Positions 12,620 through 23,222 of a DNA stretch of 64,000 nt are shown here, in pieces. A program made the translations under genes and the position numbers. A model generated the notes under the pieces. That model was not told the DNA's origin, made no database searches, and saw nothing but the letters and a program-made list of their open reading frames with translations. This DNA comes from Caecitellus pseudoparvulus (taxonomy: Eukaryota > Protista > Bigyra: Bicosoecida), in the NCBI GenBank assembly GCA_965644315.1, contig CBFFRQ010000029.1, forward strand, positions 1 through 64,000, read 5' to 3'. Numbering within the stretch: the first letter of the stretch is position 1; the number at the start of each line of letters is the position of its first letter.

Positions 12620-15559
12620 TCACACACCCCCTGTTCCCTCCACAGGCCCTCCCCCCTCCAGTTGTGCTCGTGCGACGACCTTGGCTTGCAGGCGCATCTT
12701 GCGGCGGAATTTGCTCTGCCGCTCGTGCAGCCGCTGCGCCATGAACGCAGAGGCAGCCTCGTCCGCAGACACGTCCGTGCGGCCCACCTGTGTGAACTTC
12801 GCCAGGGTGTCTGCCATGGCTGCCCCTGCAGCACTGGCCACGGCGGCATCCTCCTCGTCGATGCTGTCCCACAGACCGCCCAAACTGGACGGCACAGAGG
12901 CGTGGGCGTCCGCCTCGCCTTCGGCGCCGCCCTCCCACCCAGAGGCCAGGGCAGAGTACACACTGTGACGCAACTTGATGCCCGAGGCAGAGTCCACCGC
13001 CAGGGGCACAGGCGCGTCGGGGGACCCGGTGGCGGCCGTGTCAGTACTGGGCCCGCCCGCCAACACCTCCGTCGCGGCAGCCTTGGCTGAGACGGCGTTC
13101 TTGGCGTCTGCTGAGTGCGGCCCGTACACCTCCTCCACATCCACGTCCTCCGCCACCAGGCGCACTTGCAGCGCGTGCTGTGTGGGGATGTACAGCCACC
13201 CCTGCGGCGGCTTGGCGCTGATCTGCCACGGCAGCCCCCCCTTGTGGTCCTCCGCACCCTCCCCCGTCTCCACACCCCCAGGCGCAGCCACCGGCGCCGT
13301 GGTGGCTTCACACGGCACGAAGAGGGCATTCTCCCCCGCAGCACCGAACAGGAACCGCCGTGCAGGCTCGTTGCGGTCCGAGGGAATCCACTTGATGGCG
13401 ACGAATTCCGCACCCACGTCGGCCGCCATCTGCCCCAGCCGCCGCAGCATGGCGTGCTCGGTGCCCCTGTGCAGCACCCTACAGCTCATGAGGAAGGTGC
13501 GTACCACCAGCACACTCGCGCCTGCCGGGTGTGTGGACAGGGTGTACTGCACCCCGCCCACGGTCAAGGTGTCGCCCGCTTTGAAGTCCTGCAGGACGGC
13601 GCCCCCCCCCGCGCCGTGCGGGTCAGGCGGCGGCGTGGTTGCGTCTGGGATGGTGAAGGGCTCTGTGGCAGCGATGCCCACACACACCAGCCCATAGCAC
13701 CCGAAGCGGTCCGTGACCGTCGTCGCCAGCACCCGCCACGCGCGGTCCTCCATCATGCCCCGCACCTCCCCCTCGCTGTACGGCCGCTTGCAGACGTTCA
13801 TCTGGTTGGTGCGCCCCGTCAGCTGCGCCACACGAGCCGCCGTCCCCGGCACGTCCACCTCCACCTCCATGCGCACGTTCAGGCTGGCCAGGAAGGCGGC
13901 GAAGGAGCCGGCCGCACCCAGGGCGGCCTGCCGAGCGGCCCGTTCAGCGTACAGCTGCGTGCGGGCGGCATCCTCAGACGTCCCGCCCTGCGCGACGTGC
14001 AGGGGCCACAGGTGGCGCAGGAATGCACCCCACGTGCTGCGGTCGGGCGGCAGCAGGATGGCCGTGGCGCCGCCGACGCCGTCCCCCACAGCCGCGTTCA
14101 CTTCTGCCACCTCCAGCGGGTTGTCGTCCAGGAACAGGAAGCTGTCCAGCGCCACCCCCAGCGCAGTCGCTGCGCGGCGCAGTGTGACGGACTTGGCGTC
14201 CCAGTTCACGCCCCAGTAGGCGATGTCGGCCTCTGCGAGACGCATGTCCTCGGCGCGTTCCCGGAACACGGAACGCACATCGTGTTCCTCGTTCCGACTG
14301 GCCAGCACCAGCAGCATGCCCCGCGCCTTGGCGTCCGCTGCGGCGGCCTGCAGGGCAGCGAAGGGGCCGGTCATGTCCAGGCCAGCGGCACCGGCCTCCC
14401 CCACCACCCCCCCCCACAGGGTGTTGTCACAGTCCAGCACAAGGACCTTCTGGGGCACGGCGTGCGCCTGGTGCATGCGTCGACCCAAGCAGTAGGCCAC
14501 CTGCCCCCACATGCGGTGTGAAAGGGGGTTGTGAGCCGCCAGGGCGGTGGTCGCTGCGAACCACTGCGACATGGGCAGCTGGCTGGGACAGGCGCGCATG
14601 AGGGCAGCAGAGCCCTGCACGGCGACATGGGCCGCTGCACGCAGGGCTGCGCGCGCCTGGTCCTCCTGCGCCCCCCGCCAAAAGGTGAGGGGGAGGTCTA
14701 CGGAGAAGGAGGAGGAGGAGGGGGCGGTGTCCCCCCCCTCCATCACCACGTCCAGGGTGGCCCCCCCTGTCCACGAGGTGGGAAGGGGGGTCAGGTCCAG
14801 GTTGGCTGTGGCCGTGGCCGTGATGGCCCCATGTGTGGCGGAGTGTGGGCCCATGTTCCGCAGCGCCCCCAGACACGCCTCCACCACCACCTCCGCCCCC
14901 TGCAGCAGCCCGGCGCAGCGGGGGTCACCGCTGGTGGCGAAGGGCGAGGGCGGCAGGAACCACAGCCAGGCGGCAGGGGGGGCTGACGCCGCCGCCGCCG
15001 CCTGCGGGATGTGCCGTGTCAGGCTCCTGTCCGCCCCGCCCGTGTCCCCGCCTGCCGTGTGCAGGAGCGCCCCCAGCAGACTGGTCAGGGCGCCGTGCAC
15101 GAGGGGCTGCGCGGCCTCCCAGGAGGGAGCTGCTGTGGCCGCCGTGAGGACATCCAGCACAGACGGCATGGCAGGCCCTGCCAGCTCCGCGTCGTCATCT
15201 GCGTCGGCCGCTGCGCCTGCTGGCGGCGACGGTGACGCGGCCGGGGTGAGGCCACTTGCGCGCTGGCGTTTCTTGGCGGCTCGCTTGGCCTCCAGGTCTG
15301 CCACCTTGGCGGCCTTCACGAGGGACTTGGCGGCATTGCTGTGGGTGTCCAGCTTGGACAACAGCTCAGGGTGCTGCACCATGTAGTCCTCCACGCGCAC
15401 CAGTGCCAGGCGCTGCACGCCGGGCTGCGGCGCTGCTGGCAACAGCGTCCCGTACAGGAGCCACTGCACCTGCAGAGGCAGTCCAGTCTGTCGGGTCAAT
15501 CGAGTGAGTGCCGCGTGCAGGCTGTCCACTGCGAAGGATCCGCCCACTGCAACGTTCAT
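12620..15559 (-). CDS. FkbH-like HAD-IIIC phosphatase/glyceryl-transferase domain protein with C-terminal GNAT-like part
   Basis: KVLVLDCDNTLWGGVVGE, LASRNEEHDV, VNWDAKS, LFLDDNPLE, RVAQLTGRTNQMN, DRFGCYGLV, FLMSCRVLHRGTE and RNEPARRF are typical FkbH-family motifs. The start is placed at Met84 of the track ORF (MNVAVGGSF); this is an inference. Confidence 0.85.
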   Translation of the reverse strand: MNVAVGGSFAVDSLHAALTRLTRQTGLPLQVQWLLYGTLLPAAPQPGVQRLALVRVEDYMVQHPELLSKLDTHSNAAKSLVKAAKVADLEAKRAAKKRQRASGLTPAASPSPPAGAAADADDDAELAGPAMPSVLDVLTAATAAPSWEAAQPLVHGALTSLLGALLHTAGGDTGGADRSLTRHIPQAAAAASAPPAAWLWFLPPSPFATSGDPRCAGLLQGAEVVVEACLGALRNMGPHSATHGAITATATANLDLTPLPTSWTGGATLDVVMEGGDTAPSSSSFSVDLPLTFWRGAQEDQARAALRAAAHVAVQGSAALMRACPSQLPMSQWFAATTALAAHNPLSHRMWGQVAYCLGRRMHQAHAVPQKVLVLDCDNTLWGGVVGEAGAAGLDMTGPFAALQAAAADAKARGMLLVLASRNEEHDVRSVFRERAEDMRLAEADIAYWGVNWDAKSVTLRRAATALGVALDSFLFLDDNPLEVAEVNAAVGDGVGGATAILLPPDRSTWGAFLRHLWPLHVAQGGTSEDAARTQLYAERAARQAALGAAGSFAAFLASLNVRMEVEVDVPGTAARVAQLTGRTNQMNVCKRPYSEGEVRGMMEDRAWRVLATTVTDRFGCYGLVCVGIAATEPFTIPDATTPPPDPHGAGGGAVLQDFKAGDTLTVGGVQYTLSTHPAGASVLVVRTFLMSCRVLHRGTEHAMLRRLGQMAADVGAEFVAIKWIPSDRNEPARRFLFGAAGENALFVPCEATTAPVAAPGGVETGEGAEDHKGGLPWQISAKPPQGWLYIPTQHALQVRLVAEDVDVEEVYGPHSADAKNAVSAKAAATEVLAGGPSTDTAATGSPDAPVPLAVDSASGIKLRHSVYSALASGWEGGAEGEADAHASVPSSLGGLWDSIDEEDAAVASAAGAAMADTLAKFTQVGRTDVSADEAASAFMAQRLHERQSKFRRKMRLQAKVVARAQLEGGGPVEGTGGV

Positions 15560-16063
15560 GCTTGCTTGGCTGCGGAAATTGCTTCGCCACCCTTCAGCAC
15601 GACGCACGCCACGAACTAGCACGCGAGGAAAGGCATGCGTCCACGATGGACACTGGTAACACTGCGGGTGCATAATGGGGGCTGTTCGTATTTTGTGGCG
15701 CTTCGTTGCTCGCGGCTCGTGGGGGGGCGCCGTCGAGGTACAGAGCAGAGAAAGTGCGCTTGGGCACGTTGCTCCGCAGCCCAGCACATTTGCGATGCCA
15801 ACACACACTGCATCTCATTTCACGGGATAGGCAGTGCCACAGACTGCGCCGTCTTCAGTGCGCCCGCTGTCCCGGCGCGGTCAGGCCGCCAGGCTGCACT
15901 TCAGTGTTGCGTTGCCTGTGCTGCAAGCGCGGCAAGTAGCCCACGTTCACCACCACAGGAGCCAGACAAGGCGGGCACAAGCCACCCTGTACCTCGTTCC
16001 ATCACTAGGACTGCTCTCCGCGTGGCAGACTTTGTGGGGCTCCGACAAGGGAGGGTTGTGGGC

Positions 16064-17433
16064 ATGGCAGCCAGTGCAGACGCCGCAAACGCCGCTGGCA
16101 CGCAGAGCCCGCCACGCCCGCACACCCCCACTGCCCCGACCCAAGAGCCATGCCACAAAGACGAAGGAGCCCGCGAGCGCCAGAAGAGCCGGTCTGAGTC
16201 CGTGCTGTCTCGCATGCAAGCTGCACAAGCCAGCCTGCGGGGACTACTCAGAGCAGTGACTTCCAGCGTGGAAGCTCGTGAGGCGCAGCTTGACGGGATT
16301 TGGGCGGCCCACGGCTTGCCATGCCGCCGCAACTTGACGTTCTCTGTGGCTCGGCAACTGCAAGGGCACTTTTCTAAAGTTTATGCCCTGCAATGGGACC
16401 CATTTGACGAACGCTTGATGGTGACGGTGGGGCACGACGGAAAGCTGTTTCTGTGGGATGCACTGGCGCAGCAACGCAAGGCTGGCGTCTCCATCTCGTC
16501 ACCTTGGGCCATGACATGCTGCCTGCACAGCCAGGCGGGCCTCATGGCCGCCGGGGGACTGAGCGGCACGGTTGCGCTGTACAGCGTTCTGCGCGCCAGC
16601 AAGCACAGACATGCGCAGACAAGCGACGGGCCTGCCCTGGCACGCCTGAAGGGCCACACAGGGTATGTCTCCAGCTGCACCTTTTGCGGCCCCCAGCTCA
16701 TGTGCACTGGCAGTGGGGACAGCACCATCGCTCTGTGGGACGTGTCCTCCGGGCGGCGCGTGGGCGTGTTGGAAGGGCACACCGCCGACGTGCTGGCTGT
16801 CAGCGCACAGGCAGGACAGCTGCACCAGCTCTGCTCTGCCAGCTGTGATGGCACGGTGCGAGTGTGGGACACCCGCACGGGCAGTTGCACGCAAATTTTG
16901 CGCGGGCACGACGCCGACGTGAACACGGCGGCATTCCTGCCCGGCAACCACTGCCTGGCCTCTGGCTCGGATGACTCTACCTGCCGCATTTTCGATGTGC
17001 GTGCTCAGGGTGCAGTGGGAATCTTCGAAGACGCAGTGCTGTCAGGCACCTGCGTCACGAGCGTCGCCCCCTCAGCGTCGGGCGCACTGCTGTTCGCTGG
17101 CTACGACGACAACACCTTGCGCGCGTGGCACACTTGCAGCGCTGACATGTGCGTGCAGCCCCAGCACACCACTGCCTCTGGCGTTTCCAGGCCTAGCAAG
17201 CGGTCTCCATTGCGCTCACACTCGGCCCTGCACCGCTCCACGCTCGCCTTCGCAGTGCGTCCCACAGCCTGTGCGACCCAGGGCGAGCCTCAAGCAGCCA
17301 TTCCAGCAGAATTTCGTGTGTGGGGGTGAACAGCACAGGTCAAGCCATCGGAAGCGGGTCGTGGGACTCGCAGGTCCTCGTTTGGAGCGCGCACGGCGTC
17401 CCGGCAGGGGCCACGCCAGGCGCGAATGGTTGA
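16064..17433 (+). CDS. Heterotrimeric G-protein beta-subunit-like WD40 protein; intron 17149-17255
   Basis: [58 protein letters not shown] and [13 protein letters not shown]. Splicing GTGCGT...CGCAG restores the last blade [29 protein letters not shown], with TGA at 17431-17433. Confidence 0.88.
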
Positions 17434-17749
17434 GGCACACACGCCCGGCGCCGAGCACATTCAGCGCGAGGGGTCATTGGCACGCTGGCGCACAAAACTG
17501 TCCCTCTTCACAAGCATCGACTGTTCTACTCTGTACCTGTACGTGCTGCTGCGTTGGCCCCTCGCTGCCGAAACACCTGCGGCGTGTTTGCAGCCGGCAG
17601 CCGTAACGCCAACGGCAGCACGGCGGCCAACACGCTGCCGCTTCCCCGCGTCCCCACGCCCTGCCAAGGCACCCTGTCCCCGCTGCAACTTCTGTACTGT
17701 GTGTTTTTGCAGGTGGTACCTATTTTCAGCATCAGCACTCCATTCCAGC

Positions 17750-18520
17750 ATGGTGAGTGGCGTCGTGCTGAACTCAAATCAAACGCCACCCGGCGCTGTC
17801 CGCACACGGGGCGCTGCCTGGAAGCGCCGAGGGCAGTGCTGCGCACGCCAAACACATTGCATACCATCCATTTCTCCGTTTCACAGTCGGGCAAGGGCGG
17901 CAAGAGTGAGATGCAGACGCCAGGCTCACAATCCGCTGCACCCTGCTTCACGAGATCGTGCGTTTGCTTTACACAGTCGGCGGCAAGGGCGGCAAGGGTG
18001 GCAAGGGTGGCAAGGGCCCCACCTCCAAGAAGACGCCTACGTCTCGCTCAGCGCGTGCTGGCCTGCAGGTACGTGGCAGTGGCGAGGGGCGAAGCAGGGG
18101 CGCTGTTTGAGCGACGTGTCTTGGCGTTACGCCCTCGTTACGCCGGCCTCGACGAGGCGTTGCGAGGCAGTGCTGTCTGACGGGCTCACACCTGGTCTTC
18201 ATGCCACCCCCCCTGCACAGTTCCCTGTCGGCCGTATCCACCGTTTCCTGAAGGAGCGCGTGTCTCACCAGCAGCGTGTTGGTGCCACCAGTGCCGTGTA
18301 CGCGTGCGCAATTCTGGAGTACCTGACCGCTGAGGTGCTGGAGCTGGCCGGGAACGCCTCCAAGGACTTGAAGGTGAAGCGTATCACGCCCCGCCATCTT
18401 CAGCTGGCCATCCGTGGCGACGAGGAGCTGGACGCGTTGATCAAGGCCACCATCGCAGGTGGTGGTGTCATTCCTCACATCCACAAGAGCCTCATCAACA
18501 AGCAGGCAAAGAAGAAGTAA
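17750..18520 (+). CDS. H2A.Z: Histone H2A.Z; exons 17750-17752, 17887-17905, 17977-18068, 18221-18520
   Basis: Spliced product [49 protein letters not shown]...RVGATSAVY...[60 protein letters not shown] carries the H2A.Z-diagnostic segments. Confidence 0.96.
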   Translation: MVSGVVLNSNQTPPGAVRTRGAAWKRRGQCCARQTHCIPSISPFHSRARAARVRCRRQAHNPLHPASRDRAFALHSRRQGRQGWQGWQGPHLQEDAYVSLSACWPAGTWQWRGAKQGRCLSDVSWRYALVTPASTRRCEAVLSDGLTPGLHATPPAQFPVGRIHRFLKERVSHQQRVGATSAVYACAILEYLTAEVLELAGNASKDLKVKRITPRHLQLAIRGDEELDALIKATIAGGGVIPHIHKSLINKQAKKK

Positions 18521-18847
18521 AGTGCCCGTCTGTCTTGCACTTTACTCCGGTGTGGTGGGGTGGGGCTGCCTGCCCCACTTCCGCCGCATGTGTGTGTTGG
18601 TTGCAGGTGTGTGCCGGGCGCCCACCGTCGGCTCCGTGGCCTTTGCAGGCTGTGGTGTGTGGCGGGGGGGGGTCGGCGCTGGGCTGTTGGCTGCGTGACC
18701 CTTGCGGTCCTTGAAATGAAACAAACTGCAAACCCTCCTCACTTCACTCGGCCCCCCGGCACGGGGCGTGTGCCGTGGACACAGGTTTTGCTGTGCGGTA
18801 TTTGCTTGGCGCCGGCTTGCGCCTGATTTGAAGGCGGCACTGGGAGC

Positions 18848-20935
18848 ATGGATGAGATTTTCGGCGCGTCACAGGACCAGACCCCGACGGCTGGTCACGA
18901 TGGCCCGGCACCTGGGCAGAGCATGCCTGCGTGGCTCGCCTTGGCCAGCATGGACGGCTGCAGCATCGCTGAGATTTGCGGCGAAGTGGCGGCCAACCGG
19001 CTGGCGCTCGCGCAGGAGCTCAAGGCCTGCCATGGACGCATCGACGCCGCCACGGCCGCATATGCACACGTGGAAAGCGTACATTCCAGTATTCTTTCCT
19101 TGTTGAGCGAAGCGCTGGAGCCTGTGGGCGCCGCTGCGGGACCGTGGCCTGAGACAGCGCCCGTTGTCGACGGCGAGGACCAGCACTGGGCGGCCCTGAG
19201 CGAAGCCTGGGCAGGCAAGGACGGCCTGCTGAAAGAAGCCTGTGCCATGTGCGTGTCCTGTCTCCCGGCCCCCGCAGGGACGGGCGCCGTCGTGGCGCCA
19301 GGGCAGTGGGATGCTGTGGCCGCGTCCGCTGCCTTGCTTTCGACAGCGCTGCTCCGCTGCGACGGCAATTGGCTGCTGCTGAACACGGCAGTCACAGAGG
19401 CAGACGCCCTCATCACGCTGGCATCCCAGCGCAAACTGCTGCAGCCTGCCACGGTCGAGCACCTGGTGCCACTGGGCCGCCAGCTGCTCAGGGTGGGCAT
19501 GCTGCCAGTGACGTGGGCCCATGCACAGCTTGCCGCTGCTGGCTGCGACGCTGCTGACCCAGCAGCGGCGTTTCACGCCTATCAAGCCACTGGGGACGCG
19601 CAGGGTTGTCAGCGCGTGGCCCTGGACACTGCGCTGCTGCAGGCCCAAGTGGCTGAGGGCGCCGTGTCCCGCACTGCGTATTTCGCGTGGCGCAGCTTGG
19701 CCCGCATGAGCCTGCTCTGCCCGGCGGCGTTCGGCGTGACACAGGAGCTGGGAGGCGCCCAGGCCGTCCCCGGCACCTCCCTCCTGGACCTGTGGATGGG
19801 GGCTGCTGGGGTGGCGCTGCAGGCTGACTGCCTGCCGTTTCAAGCTCCCCCCCAACACCCCCTTGGGCAGTTGCAGTGGCTGCCCCTGACGCTGCAGGCT
19901 GCTCTGCAGCAGTCTGCTCGGCCCTGGTTCCAACGCGCGTTTGGGGCGGCAGGCCCGGCACATGAACTGCCCCGGGCCACGCAGCAGGCAGCGCTGCGGC
20001 ACATGCTGGGAGAGGAGGGCCCCCTGCCCGTGCAAGCCGTGCTGGCGGTAGCCTTCACCTCCTCCGCGCCTGCTGACACCAAGGAAGCGCGCTGGGTCAT
20101 GCAGCGCATGGAGCATGTGCAGGGCAGCCTGCTGGCGTCAGCTGCAGGCAGGGCCCTCGTGCGCGATTGGCTGGCACGCGTCGCTGGCGCTGCTGGGCAG
20201 CAGGCCGCCCTGCGCCTCGTGGCCCACGCCGCCTCCCAGCGTCAGCTGCACCTTGCGGTGCTGTGCCGCCCCCTGCTCGTGGAGCAGATCCAGGGACCCA
20301 CCCTGGCGCCCCCTGTGCTGGGCTGCGTGCAGGGGCTGCTTGAGACGGCGGCTGGGGCATCACAGCATGCCGGCGCTGCCTTGCTTCTCTGGGCTGCAGC
20401 GTTGCTCCGGGCACCCACCCTCGTTTGCACCATGCTGCGTGGGCATGCAGGCTTGGCCTTGGTCGCGTTTGCCAGTGGCGCGTCGAAGCCGGACACCGGC
20501 CCCCCGCTGCCAGTGCTCGCGGCCATTCTGCACGCCGTGCCGTGGGCAGCACTGTCCAAGGCACCGCCCCCACGCCACGCCGACGCACTGTGCAAGCTGT
20601 TGAATGGGCTCATGGCACGGGCCGTGCAGCGCCTACCGACGGCTCCGCCCGCCCAACGGCGCAGTTTAGCGCTCCTCCTCACCGCCTGTCTGCGGGCTGG
20701 CAGGGCACTGGCCAGCGCAGAGCAGTGGCAAGTCCTGGAGACGGCACAGCCAGCAGCGCTCGAGGCGGCCACCAAGGCCGCAGCCAGCCTGCCTCGTGCC
20801 ACCCACCCAGACCTCCTATCTGCCGCAGTGCATTCCCATCTCCAGGCCGCCTTGAAGGGCGGCCAAGCGGCCCGGCCAGCCGAGGCACACCTGGGCGACC
20901 CCATGGCTCAAGTGCTGTGGAGCAGCAGCACCTAG
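18848..20935 (+). CDS. Hypothetical alpha-helical Ala/Leu-rich protein, 695 aa
   Basis: Long ATG-initiated ORF filling the gap between H2A.Z and the next gene, with protein-like composition. No family motif recognised. Confidence 0.65.
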   Translation: MDEIFGASQDQTPTAGHDGPAPGQSMPAWLALASMDGCSIAEICGEVAANRLALAQELKACHGRIDAATAAYAHVESVHSSILSLLSEALEPVGAAAGPWPETAPVVDGEDQHWAALSEAWAGKDGLLKEACAMCVSCLPAPAGTGAVVAPGQWDAVAASAALLSTALLRCDGNWLLLNTAVTEADALITLASQRKLLQPATVEHLVPLGRQLLRVGMLPVTWAHAQLAAAGCDAADPAAAFHAYQATGDAQGCQRVALDTALLQAQVAEGAVSRTAYFAWRSLARMSLLCPAAFGVTQELGGAQAVPGTSLLDLWMGAAGVALQADCLPFQAPPQHPLGQLQWLPLTLQAALQQSARPWFQRAFGAAGPAHELPRATQQAALRHMLGEEGPLPVQAVLAVAFTSSAPADTKEARWVMQRMEHVQGSLLASAAGRALVRDWLARVAGAAGQQAALRLVAHAASQRQLHLAVLCRPLLVEQIQGPTLAPPVLGCVQGLLETAAGASQHAGAALLLWAAALLRAPTLVCTMLRGHAGLALVAFASGASKPDTGPPLPVLAAILHAVPWAALSKAPPPRHADALCKLLNGLMARAVQRLPTAPPAQRRSLALLLTACLRAGRALASAEQWQVLETAQPAALEAATKAAASLPRATHPDLLSAAVHSHLQAALKGGQAARPAEAHLGDPMAQVLWSSST

Positions 20936-23043
20936 CGTCCGCGGGAACGAGCCCTGGTGCCTGCCCCCCCGCCTGGCGGCTTCCAGCCGGGGTCCACAGC
21001 CTTCCAAGCGGGTACAAGATTGCCAGGACGCCACAGTTGGAAGGTGGCCTGGTCCCACCCAGGCTGCCCAGCATGGGCCTCCTGGTGTGCCTTGATGAAC
21101 TGCCACACGGCTGTGCTGGCAGGGTCCGATGGGGGAGGGAGGTCGGTGGCGCCCTGCTCCGGCACGAGGCTGGCGGGGTCGCGGTCTTGGTACCTGGATG
21201 GCGGCTTGGCAGCCAAGTCGTCGAAGAAGGCGCACATGATGTCCACACCCCAGCCCAGGCCCAGGCGGGGCGGCACGCTGCCCACATTGCCGTCCTCCAG
21301 GCGCATGACGTTGTTGGCCAGGACGGCGTAGTCGATGAAGTTGTTGTGCAGGTAGTGGGTGGAGTACACGCCCGCCGTGGCAGGGTGCACGCCAGCGGTG
21401 TACCGCGTCCCGTCAGGGAAGGCACCGTTGGCGAGGGAGCCCTTCACCACGGGCGGCACCAGGGGCTGGGCGTAGAAGTCCACTGCGCTCTGCATGCCGA
21501 ACGTGGAGACGGAGGCCTCCACCCAGTCGTCGGTGGGCTTGACGTCGGCGAAGAGGCGCCCCGCAGTCTGCCGGTCGCCGCCCACCATCATCTGCATCTC
21601 GGCCAGCCCGTTGCGGAACTGCTCGTCGCGCTGGATGCCGGAGAAGTCCTTCGTGGCCACGAGGAGGAAGGGCGCCCCCGCCATGCCCCGCACCGTCACA
21701 GTGGGGGTCATGGAGAACATCCAGCTGTCGAACGACACCACCCCGCGCAGGGGTGCTCGGGGGGCAGCCGTCGCGTGGCGTGCCACCCTCGCCCGGATGG
21801 CGGCCGTGGCCTTCACGGGGTTCTTGGAGCCCACGGAGGCGTCGGGGTCTGCGATGTCAGAGGGCAGGACCGGGTCCAGAGCGAACTCGTGGGAGGCCAG
21901 GGCCATGGTTGTCGCTGCGCCGAACGAGTGGCCGCCAGCAAACACCTGGTGGATGTCGCCGTGCTGAGTCAGCATGCTGCGCAGGCGGGGGAGGAGGGGG
22001 TCTTCGCCCTGGCGGGCCAAGGCAAGCGCACCACCCGACCCCCCCGCACACGCCTGCACCAACTGCAGCAGCACAGTGCACTCGTTCACGCGGCGCAGCA
22101 GCTGCGGGTACCGCACGCTGTACTGGAAATGGAAGTCCTTCATCTGGGCTGGCGTCAGCTCAGTGAACCACTTGCCTGGCCCGGAGCTGGAGGGCTGTGT
22201 GTAAGGTGCGGAGCCGTCGCCGTGCTCAGGCACCAGCACGATGTACCCCAGAGACGCCATGTGGCTGGTGACCAGCGTGTACACGTCTGGGCACCCAGCC
22301 AGGCCATGTGACCAGATGAGCACGGGGTGCTTGCCCCCTGAGGGCAGGCGTGCCACCGGGGCGGTCGGGTCCAGGCGGAGGGCGGCGCCTGTCGGGCTGG
22401 CGTTCAGGGCGTTGAACAGAGTGGACGTCGTGGGGGACTGGATGAAGCGAGACAGTCCTTTGCCTGCCTTGTCTCCCCAGTAGAAGTACCTGCGCATGGC
22501 ATGGGGTGTGTGTGTGTGCGGGCTGCGGGGTGTGCTGCTGCTGTTGACGAGGGCAACGCACCGAGGAGCACAGGCGGCGCTGGTGTACGCGTCTGTGGGC
22601 CACAGCACCCGCAGTCGGAAGGAGATGCCACCAGGACCAGCAACGTAGGTGTTCATGCAGGCCACCTTGAAGGGCCCGGGGGGCGCCGGCACTGGCTGCA
22701 CAGGGTACCACAAGGCGGCCGCCACGGCGAGCAGCGCACCCAGGATGCCAAGCAGCCTCATGCAGCCGAGGGCCAGGAGCACGTCAGGGGGAGTGGTGGA
22801 AAAAAGCGCGTTGGATAGCAGGTATGCGCCAAGGAACACAGATGGCAGCAGAAGGGGCCACACCTGGAAGCGCCAGTACCCAGCGAAGGTTGCGACACAG
22901 GCCGCCGCGGCCACCACGGCGGCACCGAGACCGAAGTTGGCGGGGTCCCACAGCCCTGCACAGCACGCAGCCAGCCAGACCCAGGCCAAGGCGTTTGGGG
23001 GGCTTAGAAAGTGCGGTGGTTGCCACCGCACAGTGCACGTCAT
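20932..23043 (-). CDS. PAF-acetylhydrolase-like alpha/beta hydrolase with N-terminal membrane segments; in-frame intron 22561-22490
   Basis: PAPPGPFKVA, PVLIWSHGLAG, MASLGYIVLVPEHGDGSA, QLLRRVNE, nucleophile GHSFGAAT, SFDSWM (Asp) and HNNFIDY (His). The N-terminus has several hydrophobic helices. Confidence 0.85.
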   Translation of the reverse strand: MTCTVRWQPPHFLSPPNALAWVWLAACCAGLWDPANFGLGAAVVAAAACVATFAGYWRFQVWPLLLPSVFLGAYLLSNALFSTTPPDVLLALGCMRLLGILGALLAVAAALWYPVQPVPAPPGPFKVACMNTYVAGPGGISFRLRVLWPTDAYTSAACAPRCVALVNSSSTPRSPHTHTPHAMRRYFYWGDKAGKGLSRFIQSPTTSTLFNALNASPTGAALRLDPTAPVARLPSGGKHPVLIWSHGLAGCPDVYTLVTSHMASLGYIVLVPEHGDGSAPYTQPSSSGPGKWFTELTPAQMKDFHFQYSVRYPQLLRRVNECTVLLQLVQACAGGSGGALALARQGEDPLLPRLRSMLTQHGDIHQVFAGGHSFGAATTMALASHEFALDPVLPSDIADPDASVGSKNPVKATAAIRARVARHATAAPRAPLRGVVSFDSWMFSMTPTVTVRGMAGAPFLLVATKDFSGIQRDEQFRNGLAEMQMMVGGDRQTAGRLFADVKPTDDWVEASVSTFGMQSAVDFYAQPLVPPVVKGSLANGAFPDGTRYTAGVHPATAGVYSTHYLHNNFIDYAVLANNVMRLEDGNVGSVPPRLGLGWGVDIMCAFFDDLAAKPPSRYQDRDPASLVPEQGATDLPPPSDPASTAVWQFIKAHQEAHAGQPGWDQATFQLWRPGNLVPAWKAVDPGWKPPGGGAGTRARSRGR

Positions 23044-23222
23044 GGCGTGCCTGCTCGCCGTTGGCGTCGAAAGTGTGAGCAGTCGCCGCGACGCGGTCAA
23101 CGCGCGAAGCTCGCGTGGCAATGCACTGTGCGTCGTCTGCTGCGCGGTGAAGGCACGAGAGTATGAAATGCACACATGATTCAGAAATTGCTTGAATTTG
23201 CACGTGCATTGGGTTTGGCGAT

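Noticed and set aside
15635-17329. Truncated or pseudogenised G-beta, as the ORF track suggests
   Set aside because: Intron 17149-17255 restores the final WD repeat.
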